Positions 1 through 9,541 of a stretch of DNA of 64,000 nt are shown here, piece after piece. Each line of letters begins with the position of its first letter. Position 1 is the first letter of the stretch. The stretch spans positions 1-64,000 of the IMG/VR virus record IMGVR_UViG_3300034117_001294; one strand, written 5' to 3'. A program made the position numbers and the translations under genes. The notes beneath the pieces are model-generated. The model searched no databases. It was given only the letters and a program-made list of their open reading frames with translations, and was not told where the DNA came from.

Positions 1-1
1 T

Positions 2-379
2 GTAGGTGATGCTAATCTAGCATATGGACTAGGTGTTGATGCTGACCGTACCATGCGATTTGGTAATGCCGACGGATCAAGTCCATGGAGTATACAAAAT
101 CCAGGCAACAATGCTGATTGGGCATATCTAACAGCAACTAACTATTACTTAAACGGTACTGTTATTCCAGGAGCAGGGAATTTAGTCACAGGTTGGAATA
201 TACTAGGAGCCGCCAGAACCAATCAATCATGGGGATCTACTCCTTATGTATGGGGGAAAGGTTACATCAGTAGAGGATTCAAAGGCAAACTTGCTGTTAT
301 CCTACTTTACAATAGAGTGCTAACTGAAGCAGAACAACTACAGAACTATGCGGCTCTACGGGCAAGGTTCGGACTATGA
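2..379 (+). CDS. C-terminal part of LamG/concanavalin A-like virion protein (5' truncated by window)
   Basis: Frame is open from nt 2; ends ...KGKLAVILLYNRVLTEAEQLQNY, a typical LamG-like tail-protein C-terminus. Confidence 0.6.
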   Translation, partial: VGDANLAYGLGVDADRTMRFGNADGSSPWSIQNPGNNADWAYLTATNYYLNGTVIPGAGNLVTGWNILGAARTNQSWGSTPYVWGKGYISRGFKGKLAVILLYNRVLTEAEQLQNYAALRARFGL

Positions 380-384
380 TAGGG

Positions 385-390
385 TAAATA
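385..390 (+). promoter_or_regulatory. T4-like late promoter core TAAATA (first of more than 20 copies in window)
   Basis: TAAATA 6 nt before ATG 397; same motif at 5037, 6244, 6624, 11719, 12077, 12570 (full TATAAATA 12568-12575), 14632, 19052, 21147, 29090, 31226, 31452, 36550, 43128, 47805, 60739, and on - strand at 4988, 10667, 11292, 11635, 17110, 19014, 35156, 43116. Confidence 0.7.
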
Positions 391-396
391 CACATT

Positions 397-1539
397 ATGA
401 CAGCAATAACATTTCCAACAACTGCCACAGTGGGCCAAAGTTATGTGGCTACCAACGCGGTAACCTATGTATGGACCGGCAATCGTTGGTCTTCTAGTCA
501 GGCAATCACTAACAATCAAGCAAAATACTATGTAGAAGGTGGCGATTCATCTTTTTCATATAACGAAAACCTTGATGGTTTGTTAGACGGTGGCTTTTCC
601 GACGGTGGAATGGGAGTTTTGTTAACTATAGTATCATCTTTCTTAACCATAGGCGGCTACGGTAATAACGACGGAACTGTTACATACAATATTGACAGCA
701 CTGGGGCAACGGCAGCAGGCATTATTATTAATGGAATAACTGTAAATCATACACAGACAATTACCGGAACTTTTGCCCAAGGCAACAACACAGTAAGTTG
801 GAGTGGCTACGATATAGATAATCCACTATGGGGACAGATGGCATCTGTCACAGCCTATGTTGTGGACAGCAATGGCTATACATTCTACGCACTAGTTGAA
901 GACCTGTGGGATATTCCATATGGTCCATGTCTAATAGCAGGCACAATGATGTCCTTGGCCAACGGCACACAAAAGAAAATTGAAGACATTACCTATGATG
1001 ATGTATTAACAGTATGGAACTTTGATCTCGGTGAACTATCAGAAGCACGACCACTATGGGTCAAGCGTAAGCAAACATCATCAGCATATACTTTATTAAA
1101 GTTCAGCGACGGTACAGAATTACGTACTGTTGGACATCACATATTCAACAAACAAGCAGGCCAGTTTACCAAGATTATCACAGATGACACACCAGTGGGC
1201 ACAGTCACAGTCAACGAGCAAGGTCAAGAGATTACCATAGTCAGCAAAGAACTGGTAAAAGATGTTGTGGACTATTACAACATTTGGACACAGTATCACT
1301 TGAATGCCTATGCCAACGGAGTATTAACTGGTAACAGATACTGTAACATCTACCCTGTGGTAGATATGAAGTATGTAAAGGATGATAGAGCACTGCGTTC
1401 TGTAGAAGAATTTGCGGGCATTGACAGCAAGTATATCTCGGGTATGAGATTACAAGAACAGGTATTCGATCTAGCGTTTATACAAACAATGGTAGATAGA
1501 ATAGAAACATTAGACAGCCATGCTGTCACAACAGCATAA
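397..1539 (+). CDS. Tail-fibre-like virion protein with C-terminal Hint (intein-like) domain
   Basis: N-terminal FP...G..Y...N..TY.W.G.RW module; Hint motifs CLIAGTMMSLANG (928) and YYNIWTQYHLNAYANGVLTGN (to 1335). Confidence 0.7.
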   Translation: MTAITFPTTATVGQSYVATNAVTYVWTGNRWSSSQAITNNQAKYYVEGGDSSFSYNENLDGLLDGGFSDGGMGVLLTIVSSFLTIGGYGNNDGTVTYNIDSTGATAAGIIINGITVNHTQTITGTFAQGNNTVSWSGYDIDNPLWGQMASVTAYVVDSNGYTFYALVEDLWDIPYGPCLIAGTMMSLANGTQKKIEDITYDDVLTVWNFDLGELSEARPLWVKRKQTSSAYTLLKFSDGTELRTVGHHIFNKQAGQFTKIITDDTPVGTVTVNEQGQEITIVSKELVKDVVDYYNIWTQYHLNAYANGVLTGNRYCNIYPVVDMKYVKDDRALRSVEEFAGIDSKYISGMRLQEQVFDLAFIQTMVDRIETLDSHAVTTA

Positions 1540-1552
1540 TCGGAGCAGATAA

Positions 1553-3949
1553 ATGACAACAAGAATCAAACTACGTAGAGATACAGCCGCTAATTGGACT
1601 ACTAACGATCCAGTATTGGCCTTGGGTGAAGCAGGCTATGACACTACCAATAATGAACTGAGAGTAGGTGACGGTACTACGGTATGGAGCGGATTAGAAT
1701 CTATTGGCGGCACTGGTGATAAAATAACAGCAGAGAAAACTTATTCAGACAATTACAATGACGGTAGTGAACACACTTTCGCCTATACCACTGGATCTAT
1801 TGCTGTACAGATGGGGAATGATAACGGACTGTATCTCAATGATCTGTTGTCAAGATGGGTGGAGTATTTTGATGGCAATCTTGCCTTTCCCTATAATTAC
1901 AGCAACATCAACCTAGTGATAAATCCCGGCACTGATGATCTCGCATCAACAGTGACCAATGTAATCTCTAGTGGTAATCCACCATTGTACACCATAACAC
2001 TGGGCACAGCACACCCAGAGCCTATAACAATAGATGACATTGATTTTAATTACACCTACGTTAACACCATTGGGTTGGACATAGTTAACGGTGATGGTGA
2101 AAGTAACAGTTACTTTGGCATGGCTACCGGTGACGATGATATAACTATTCGTTCAGGAAGAGATATTACGTTAGACGCCGCAGACGATGTTTACATATCA
2201 GGAGGCAATGAATTTCAGTTAACACTTGTAAACCAAGATGACATGAGTGCCAGTAGCGGAATTGATATTCGCACAGAGACCACATCAACTGACTACACAT
2301 GGACATTTAGGTTTGATGGCAGTCTAGAACTACCGGAAGGCTTGACTCTGCCAACTAAAAATAACAAGGGCTATGATGTCACTACCAACCTTAACGCACC
2401 AACACTACAGTTAAGCAACGACAGTCAAAACCAAGTTATCGTCACAGGACCAACAGCTACAGAAAACAACACCAATGCTCAACGTATTGTGATCCAAGGC
2501 CAGCGTGGCTACGGCTCAACCAGCACCACAGGTGAAGGCGGCGATGTTTATATCTGGGGAGGAGTTGGCGGTGAAACCAACAGTAACAGTAATGGATGGG
2601 GCCAAGGTGGCGGCAGTGGTGGTGATATTAAACTACGCGGTGGCGAAGGCCTTAACGACACAGGTGGTTATGTTAGGATTGAAGGTGGCAATGTTGCTCA
2701 CTTTAACACTTCTACCACAGGCAATCCTGGATTTGTGGAAATCACCGGCGGTGATGTAGTCATTGAGAATGCCGCAGGCAGTAGTTATGGTGGCGATGTT
2801 AGAATCACAGGCGGTCGTGCTTACACAGCAACCACACAGTCTGGAGTTGTACAGGTAATCACAGGCGGCTACGCCAATGGTGATGTTCTTGGTGCCAATA
2901 CTTGGACGTTTGCTAACGATGGTACTCTAACAGTACCGGGCGATATCCTTGACAGTGAAGGCGTTAGTGTATATATCGACACAGCGGATAGTCAATGGAT
3001 TGTCGACCCAACTAATACGGGCACATACACCGCTGATGGCAGTTTACACAAACCTTTCAAAACTATCGCGTCGGCATTGGCCTATATTGAAGCAAGGATT
3101 GCTGATACTAGTTTAGTAATTGACATAAACGGTTCTATCGTTGATAACCCACAGTTTATTTTCCTAATGAGTTCTATCACAGAGGATGTGGCGTTGACTC
3201 GTGGAAATATTTTTATCCGTAGCGAAACTCCCGATGCTGGCCATGTACCTATTTGGATTGAGGGACATGTTACTATTACTCCGGCAAACACCGGCACAAA
3301 CGCTATAAACGTTAATAGATTTGGCCTATTTAATATTGCCGTACGTACAACCAGTTCGAATCACGGTATCGAGTTAACTGGATCTAATCCAGCAAAACTT
3401 TACCTAGACGATGTATACTGTTATCAAAACGATGCCACCAAGAGTTGTGTTTATGCGGATAACACTGGCACAGGTAGCAGAGTGGAAATGAATGATTGTC
3501 ACATGGCTAGAGCCGGTGGCTCTGTATATCTAATAGATATCCAACGTGGATTTTGTATTATAAACAATCTCGAAACTAACGGTACGGGACAAGTACTTAA
3601 CCAAGCAAACGATTCATTAGGAACTATGCTGAGAAGTTCATTGGATGCCAACACTGGCTCCGTTATTACCCTAAGTGGTTCAGTACAATGGGGTATGGGT
3701 GAAGTTATTCTTAACAACACTGGAGCAGGGGCCGATACTCACGGTGTTACTATGAGTGACTCGGCAACCATGCAGTTTGGTGTGTGTACATTTAACATAC
3801 CAGTTGGAGATGGTTCAAATCGTGCTATCAACGGTACTGGTACAAACACGGTACTGTATGCTGATCCAATATTCCAATATGGTTCAACTAACAAGATATC
3901 AACTGAGATTACATTAGTTCCGTTGACTAAAACGTTTACAGCGGTATAA
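1553..3949 (+). CDS. Tail fibre / receptor-binding protein with Mtd_N-like N-terminus
   Basis: N-terminus RIKLRRDTAANWTTNDPVLALGEAGYDTTNNELRVGDG; Gly-rich middle; beta-helix-like C-terminus. Confidence 0.75.
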   Translation: MTTRIKLRRDTAANWTTNDPVLALGEAGYDTTNNELRVGDGTTVWSGLESIGGTGDKITAEKTYSDNYNDGSEHTFAYTTGSIAVQMGNDNGLYLNDLLSRWVEYFDGNLAFPYNYSNINLVINPGTDDLASTVTNVISSGNPPLYTITLGTAHPEPITIDDIDFNYTYVNTIGLDIVNGDGESNSYFGMATGDDDITIRSGRDITLDAADDVYISGGNEFQLTLVNQDDMSASSGIDIRTETTSTDYTWTFRFDGSLELPEGLTLPTKNNKGYDVTTNLNAPTLQLSNDSQNQVIVTGPTATENNTNAQRIVIQGQRGYGSTSTTGEGGDVYIWGGVGGETNSNSNGWGQGGGSGGDIKLRGGEGLNDTGGYVRIEGGNVAHFNTSTTGNPGFVEITGGDVVIENAAGSSYGGDVRITGGRAYTATTQSGVVQVITGGYANGDVLGANTWTFANDGTLTVPGDILDSEGVSVYIDTADSQWIVDPTNTGTYTADGSLHKPFKTIASALAYIEARIADTSLVIDINGSIVDNPQFIFLMSSITEDVALTRGNIFIRSETPDAGHVPIWIEGHVTITPANTGTNAINVNRFGLFNIAVRTTSSNHGIELTGSNPAKLYLDDVYCYQNDATKSCVYADNTGTGSRVEMNDCHMARAGGSVYLIDIQRGFCIINNLETNGTGQVLNQANDSLGTMLRSSLDANTGSVITLSGSVQWGMGEVILNNTGAGADTHGVTMSDSATMQFGVCTFNIPVGDGSNRAINGTGTNTVLYADPIFQYGSTNKISTEITLVPLTKTFTAV

Positions 3950-3951
3950 GT

Positions 3952-4542
3952 TTAACGTATACCCTGCTCACGCAGTTTCACACAAGTATCGCACTTTCCA
4001 CAAGGTGCGATATTTTTTTCACTATACACTGGACGCCGGCACGACCAAAACATGTTACGCAAACCTTCTGGTAACATATCATATATCTCACGCTTGGTCA
4101 TTTCAAGCACAGGATATATTTTCTCCACAGGAGTAAATGCCGCAAGTATAGCATTGGCCCGTTTGCGACGGTCTTCTAATGCGTGGTTATGATCATTGGC
4201 CTGCATACCCATGGCGACTCGTACAATGCGGGGATTAACACTGCAAATATAGCCAGCAAAGAAGTTGATGCTGTCTGTGTCATACATGAACTGCCCATTG
4301 TAGGGCTGTGAACCTATTTCGCTTTCACTGTAGATAAAACTGTGGCCCATGCTTTCTAATTCTTTAAGCACACGATCAACAACTACGGCTTCGGCACGAT
4401 CTCTGTGTTCTACATTGTGATGGTGTATGTGATGTATGTGTAGCACATAGTCTTTATACTCAGGATCTGTGAGTAACTTATATATCATACCCAGGCTGTC
4501 TAGGCCACCTGAATACATGGCTAGGATTATCGGTTGTTCCAT
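3952..4542 (-). CDS. queC: QueC-like (7-cyano-7-deazaguanine synthase family) PP-loop ATPase
   Basis: SGGLDS PP-loop and C-terminal WSC...PCGKCDTC Zn site. Confidence 0.65.
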   Translation of the reverse strand: MEQPIILAMYSGGLDSLGMIYKLLTDPEYKDYVLHIHHIHHHNVEHRDRAEAVVVDRVLKELESMGHSFIYSESEIGSQPYNGQFMYDTDSINFFAGYICSVNPRIVRVAMGMQANDHNHALEDRRKRANAILAAFTPVEKIYPVLEMTKREIYDMLPEGLRNMFWSCRRPVYSEKNIAPCGKCDTCVKLREQGIR

Positions 4543-4982
4543 ATGTAAAATGTATAAACTTTGTTGATGGGGTGTTCTTGTGGAACAGGTGTTAGTTCGT
4601 GTGCTCTAGGGAAATATTGAGCATACTTCGTGGGCCAGTTGGGATTAAGAAAACTACGAGCGATAAAACGATCACAATTTGGTAAAACTTTTGATATCAA
4701 TTGGGCACAAGTTTCTTTATCAAATATAGTTAACCCGCCATCTATGATGACAGTATCCCAATGCTGATCTAGCGTAAACCAATCTCTGGACTGGATTTTA
4801 GGGTCATCATATACTGGATTTACATCCCACGCTTCTGTACACAACGGCAATAGTAACTTAGTGCTACCCAACAGTAATACACGGCCCGTACAATAGTTAG
4901 AAAATACAGAATAATCGTCTTGATTTGGTGCCGCCGGCCACGTTAATCCAGTCCAATATTCTTTATCTGCGTGTATATTCAT
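4527..4982 (-). CDS. Hypothetical protein, possibly degenerate methyltransferase fold
   Basis: 151 aa ORF overlapping the queC-like start; own TAAATA at 4988-4993; VLLLG..., EAWDVNP and TVIIDGG segments. Confidence 0.4.
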   Translation of the reverse strand: MNIHADKEYWTGLTWPAAPNQDDYSVFSNYCTGRVLLLGSTKLLLPLCTEAWDVNPVYDDPKIQSRDWFTLDQHWDTVIIDGGLTIFDKETCAQLISKVLPNCDRFIARSFLNPNWPTKYAQYFPRAHELTPVPQEHPINKVYTFYIWNNR

Positions 4983-5064
4983 GTGAATATTTAACAGCCC
5001 ACAGCCGATTGAGAAATAATTCTGTTTGAGTTAAGGTAAATATAGCTAAACAGGATATTTCACT

Positions 5065-6246
5065 ATGGCTTTAAGTTTTCCACCAGATCCAGAACCGGGC
5101 GACACTTATGTAGCACCTAACGGCTACACCTACACCTGGGACGGCACCAAATGGTACGTCAGCAGCAGCGGCACGAGTGCCGGCGGCACAAGCCCTATTA
5201 CCATTAAAGACGAAGGAGTAGCAGTCAACACACAGACTACTACCATTAACTTTATCGGTGCTGCTATCACAGCAACTACTACTGGTAGCCAAGTTAACAT
5301 CACTGTTTCTGCACAAGAATTAACCACTGCTACAACTAGTACATTGGGCGGAGTTAAGATTGGTTCAGGAATTAATATTACCAGTAGCGGAACTATCAGT
5401 GTTCGTGAAGGACTACAATATTGGACAGAAAGTAAAACTGTAGTAGACAGCAGTCAAACAGCAGTGGTCAGCCTAATTGTAACCGGTACACAGACCAACA
5501 TTGATGCAGTGCTAAAAGCACAGGGATTAGGTGCTGTTGCCAACGATGATGCAGGAAATAAGCGTGGTGAATACGCAGTTGACTGGCAACGAATTAGAAG
5601 TACTACAGATCAAGTAGCCAGTGGTAACTACTCTGTTATCGCGGGTGGCAGCTTTAATCAGGCCACGGGATTACACAGTGTAGTTACTGGAGGTAATAAT
5701 AACACTGCTGATGCAGACTATGCATTGGTATTAGGTGGTGTTAACGGTAATGCTAGAGGCATCAAAGGTGCTGTGATTGTTCCGCATTATGCCACAGGTG
5801 GACAGAGCAATTCAAGTGGCAAAATTCAAACAGGGCATTACCTACTAGGTGGTGATACTGTACTCAGTGCTAGTCCTGTGGATTTGACCACAGACAGTTC
5901 GGGTAACATAGATGCAACTAATCAGATTACTTTAGTTGACAATTCGGCAATTTACTTTTCAGGCACAGTTATTGCAAAAGAACTGTATCCTACAGCAAAT
6001 CCAGAAATTGTAGTTTGGGACCTAAAAGGCACAGTGTATAGAAATACAGGTAACAGCACTACTAACTTACTGTCAATTGTGAACCCAACAATTATTAGTG
6101 GCAATACTTCAACTACTTGGCAACTCAGTGTGTCCACTGAAAACAATATTGGATGCCTACTGGTACAGGTACAAGGCCCTAGCGATAAACAAATTCGTTG
6201 GGTAGCTAAGATAGAAACTATTGAAGTAGCCGACTCAGGGATGTAA
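5065..6246 (+). CDS. Tail fibre-like protein
   Basis: Same N-terminal module as 397 ORF, ATTSTLGGVKIGSG motif, short S-V-x-x-GG-x-x-N beta-roll repeats. Confidence 0.65.
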   Translation: MALSFPPDPEPGDTYVAPNGYTYTWDGTKWYVSSSGTSAGGTSPITIKDEGVAVNTQTTTINFIGAAITATTTGSQVNITVSAQELTTATTSTLGGVKIGSGINITSSGTISVREGLQYWTESKTVVDSSQTAVVSLIVTGTQTNIDAVLKAQGLGAVANDDAGNKRGEYAVDWQRIRSTTDQVASGNYSVIAGGSFNQATGLHSVVTGGNNNTADADYALVLGGVNGNARGIKGAVIVPHYATGGQSNSSGKIQTGHYLLGGDTVLSASPVDLTTDSSGNIDATNQITLVDNSAIYFSGTVIAKELYPTANPEIVVWDLKGTVYRNTGNSTTNLLSIVNPTIISGNTSTTWQLSVSTENNIGCLLVQVQGPSDKQIRWVAKIETIEVADSGM

Positions 6247-6254
6247 ATAACGTT

Positions 6255-6626
6255 ATGGAATTCTTAAAATCTCTAACTAAAAAACCTGTTAAGGAAAGTA
6301 TCAGCTATGAAGATGCTCTGCTAGCACGTTTGGAAAAAGAAGCTGATCGTGCAGCCAACATAGACAAAATTGACACTGTGACTTTAGATGTTCCTTTGTT
6401 AATCCGTGTGTTTGAACTAGTGCGAGAAGATGTAAAAACAGATATGGATCTACATAATCTTGTTGAACGTATGCTCAGTATCAAAGACAAAGGTGTGTTG
6501 ACCATGGACGATTATGAAACTATCAGTTCAGCACAGGCCAGTGCAGATACTGGACAGCAGCCCAAACCTACAGATGAAAATATAGATGTTAGCATGATTC
6601 GTATGCTAGCAGGACTAAAGAAATAA
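6255..6626 (+). CDS. Hypothetical late protein
   Basis: ORF directly after TAAATA; contains TVTLDVPLLIRVFE. Confidence 0.6.
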   Translation: MEFLKSLTKKPVKESISYEDALLARLEKEADRAANIDKIDTVTLDVPLLIRVFELVREDVKTDMDLHNLVERMLSIKDKGVLTMDDYETISSAQASADTGQQPKPTDENIDVSMIRMLAGLKK

Positions 6627-6669
6627 ATACCAAGTCTAAGAACAATACAGGTCTTAGCAAAAGGAAAAT

Positions 6670-6978
6670 ATGTTATCAAAACCAACCGGAAACACAGGGT
6701 TATATCCCCTAACAACAAGCACAGGAACTGTTAATGTTGCTACATTATTATCAGGACCAGAATACACATCGGCTAAATTGCCAGCAACTAAAGTACGTGT
6801 AGCAGTAACACAACCAGCAGTAATTAATTTTGGAACTAATGTAGCTGATAACAACAGCGATATTCTAGTACCAGCAGGACACGTAGAACATTTCGCTATG
6901 CAGGCAACTACTACAGTAACTTATGTTCTGTTATCTGGAGCTAGTGCAGGTTATATTTCAATTACTCCAGTCGCATAA
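6670..6978 (+). CDS. Small putative virion protein
   Basis: Thr/Val/Ala-rich 102 aa ORF with AGGA RBS. Confidence 0.55.
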   Translation: MLSKPTGNTGLYPLTTSTGTVNVATLLSGPEYTSAKLPATKVRVAVTQPAVINFGTNVADNNSDILVPAGHVEHFAMQATTTVTYVLLSGASAGYISITPVA

Positions 6979-6989
6979 GGAACAACAAC

Positions 6990-7292
6990 ATGAAAGCAAG
7001 TGAAATTTTAAGAGGTCTAGCTGATCTTATTGACAAGGCCAGTGCTACAAGTACTGATCAAACTAGTTCCCAAATCATGCCTATTCAAGAGCCAACTACT
7101 GCTGGGCAAACACCTACAATGGTTCCTCCACTACAGGCCAAATTAGAAATTCTAAAGAAAAGTGTGGGACTAGATAATCATTACGATAATGAGTGCGGTG
7201 AGCCAGACGAAGTAGAGCAACTAAAGAAACACGCAGGTATCAACATTGTAGCACAGCAAGAAGCTGGTGAAGACAACGATTTCTTAGGATAA
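6990..7292 (+). CDS. Hypothetical protein
   Basis: AAGGA RBS; N-terminus MKASEIL. Confidence 0.6.
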   Translation: MKASEILRGLADLIDKASATSTDQTSSQIMPIQEPTTAGQTPTMVPPLQAKLEILKKSVGLDNHYDNECGEPDEVEQLKKHAGINIVAQQEAGEDNDFLG

Positions 7293-7296
7293 GCAG

Positions 7297-8847
7297 ATGG
7301 CTATCTATGATTTCTTCCTAAGCCGCAACAATGGTCCCACAGTTGCCAACTATGTTGGTCATGCTGGCAAATTGTTCTATGACTCTTCTGAACGAGTATT
7401 GAGAATTAGCGATGGCACTACTACTGGCGGTGAAGTGCTTAATGGGCTAATCACTGTTAACACAGTTGAACCTACTAATAACTTTCAAGGACAAGTTTGG
7501 CTTAATCCGCAAACATTTGAACTAAGCATTTATCACAGCGGCAACTTTATCCCTACAATTGACACAGCTACATCAACTAAAATAGGTGGTGTTAAACTAG
7601 GGCCAGGCGTTACTACTAACGAAAGCGGCCAGATTATTATTGACAGCACTGGATTAGATTTCTCGTTTGGCGACCTTGCTTCTACAATAGAAACTTACAC
7701 TGATAATAATGATTACGCTGTTCTACAAACAATCAATCTTAATGAAGATTTAATTCTAGCTTCAAATGGCACAGGCGGCATACACGTTGTTGGTGAGTTT
7801 AGAGTCCACGCAACTAACGGAGCACTTCTAGAAACATTAGAAAGTATTCCAGCGTTTGAAATCAAAGCAGACGGACAGGTTAAGATGTTGGTGCCAACGA
7901 TTGACAGCCAAGAAGGTGCTGTGAGTATTGTAGGTAGTTCAACTGGCGAATTTATCTCGCCTGTTAACACAGGTATTATGCTACATGTCACAGGACAGTA
8001 TGCTGTACCAGGTATCCCATCAAGAATATATAATGACGCACAGGGATCATTTGCGGCATTTGTCGCTCGCCGATACAACGGCACAGTGGCAAGTCCCACA
8101 GCAGTATTGGCCAATGAAGAGATCATGCGTCTCAGCGGCACAGCACACAACGGCACGTCAATTCCAGCCGCAGCCAATCAGCGTATTATCTATGTGGCCC
8201 GAGGCAATCAAACAACCAGCAACCAAGGTGGTGCTATAGAGTTTTGGGCTACGCCTATAAACACTACTACCATTGCTAAAGTGGCTAGTGTAGACAGCAC
8301 AGGTATCGCACTTGAATCTGGCAAGGTGTTGACAGGCAATGTTACTGGCAATGTCACAGGCAATGTTACAGGTGATGTCACTGGTAACGCTGGATCAGTA
8401 GCAGCCGCTAACATCACAGGTACAACACTAGCCGCAACCGTGGTCACAAGCAGTTTGACTAGTGTGGGCACATTGGGTAGCCTCTCAGTCACAAACCTAG
8501 TCACTGCTAAAAACTATAGTGGGCAGGTTCGCAACCTTGGAACTATCACTGCCGGTGCTGGTACGGAGATTACCATAGACTTTGCCACTGACCATATGGT
8601 TCGCTTTAACTATACCACTGAACCAGTACAGGTAGCATTTACCAACTATTCAGCAGGCAAGACAGTGACTTTGATTGCTGTTAATACCAATGCGGCCAAT
8701 CGTCAACTTGAAATAGGTATCGCAGCCGCAAACGCACAAGGAGTATCAACATTAGATGTTGATGGTAACGAAACTGCTATCGTGACTTACTACTGTACAG
8801 GTGCCACTGTTAACGATGTATTTGCCAGCACGGTATATACTATATAA
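7297..8847 (+). CDS. Tail fibre-like protein
   Basis: TGNV repeats, ATSTKIGGVKLGPG motif, Thr/Gly-rich composition. Confidence 0.7.
   Translation: MAIYDFFLSRNNGPTVANYVGHAGKLFYDSSERVLRISDGTTTGGEVLNGLITVNTVEPTNNFQGQVWLNPQTFELSIYHSGNFIPTIDTATSTKIGGVKLGPGVTTNESGQIIIDSTGLDFSFGDLASTIETYTDNNDYAVLQTINLNEDLILASNGTGGIHVVGEFRVHATNGALLETLESIPAFEIKADGQVKMLVPTIDSQEGAVSIVGSSTGEFISPVNTGIMLHVTGQYAVPGIPSRIYNDAQGSFAAFVARRYNGTVASPTAVLANEEIMRLSGTAHNGTSIPAAANQRIIYVARGNQTTSNQGGAIEFWATPINTTTIAKVASVDSTGIALESGKVLTGNVTGNVTGNVTGDVTGNAGSVAAANITGTTLAATVVTSSLTSVGTLGSLSVTNLVTAKNYSGQVRNLGTITAGAGTEITIDFATDHMVRFNYTTEPVQVAFTNYSAGKTVTLIAVNTNAANRQLEIGIAAANAQGVSTLDVDGNETAIVTYYCTGATVNDVFASTVYTI
8332..8390 (+). repeat. In-frame TGNV/TGDV tetrapeptide tandem repeat
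   Basis: acaggcaatgtt actggcaatgtc acaggcaatgtt acaggtgatgtc actggtaac. Confidence 0.8.
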
Positions 8848-8860
8848 GATAAGTAACATT

Positions 8861-9313
8861 ATGAAAAAACTATTATTAACCCTATTATTAGCAGCCGCAG
8901 CAGTACCTGCTCTGGCACAAAAAACACCACAAGGTGTTACCTATGACGCACAGATTCTGCGTATTACTGATGGCGACACAGTTGTTATTGCAGCACCGTT
9001 CCTACCTAAACCACTAAAACCCGAGTTGGCTATTCGTGTGTTTGGTGTAGACACTCCAGAGAAAGGCTTCCGTGCTCAATGTCCTCAAGAAGCACAGCGT
9101 GGAGAAGCAGCCTCTGCATTTACCAAAAATGCCATTGCACAGGCGGCAGCACAAGGCGGCAAGTTCCAAGTTACTATGTATGGTTGGGACAAGTTTGGCG
9201 GTCGTGTGCTAGGAGACATTCTAGTCAACGGACAGAGCCTACGTGCTGCTCTGATCGCCAACGGTTTCGCCCGTGAGTACTACGGCGAAGCTAAACAAAG
9301 CTGGTGCCAGTAA
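8861..9313 (+). CDS. Staphylococcal nuclease (thermonuclease) homolog with signal peptide
   Basis: MKKLLLTLLLAAAAVPALA signal; DGDT, IRVFGVDTPE, DKFGGRVLG, LIANGFA motifs; start reassigned from 8801 to 8861. Confidence 0.85.
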   Translation: MKKLLLTLLLAAAAVPALAQKTPQGVTYDAQILRITDGDTVVIAAPFLPKPLKPELAIRVFGVDTPEKGFRAQCPQEAQRGEAASAFTKNAIAQAAAQGGKFQVTMYGWDKFGGRVLGDILVNGQSLRAALIANGFAREYYGEAKQSWCQ

Positions 9314-9541
9314 TGAGATATTTCCTTGATTGTATGATTGAGGGACTAGCAAGATTTGGTTGTGGAATGGCTGGCCTAGCTTATCCACATGACTATGAAG
9401 AACCCACCTTAGGGCCCGTTGATCGTAACGGTTAGGAGCTTGCTCCAGGCGTCCGGATGAATAAGACTGTACCCCGTCAGTGTACGCTGGAGAAAGTAAC
9501 CAGCAATAATACTTTAATTTTGATTGTGAGATAACTACACT

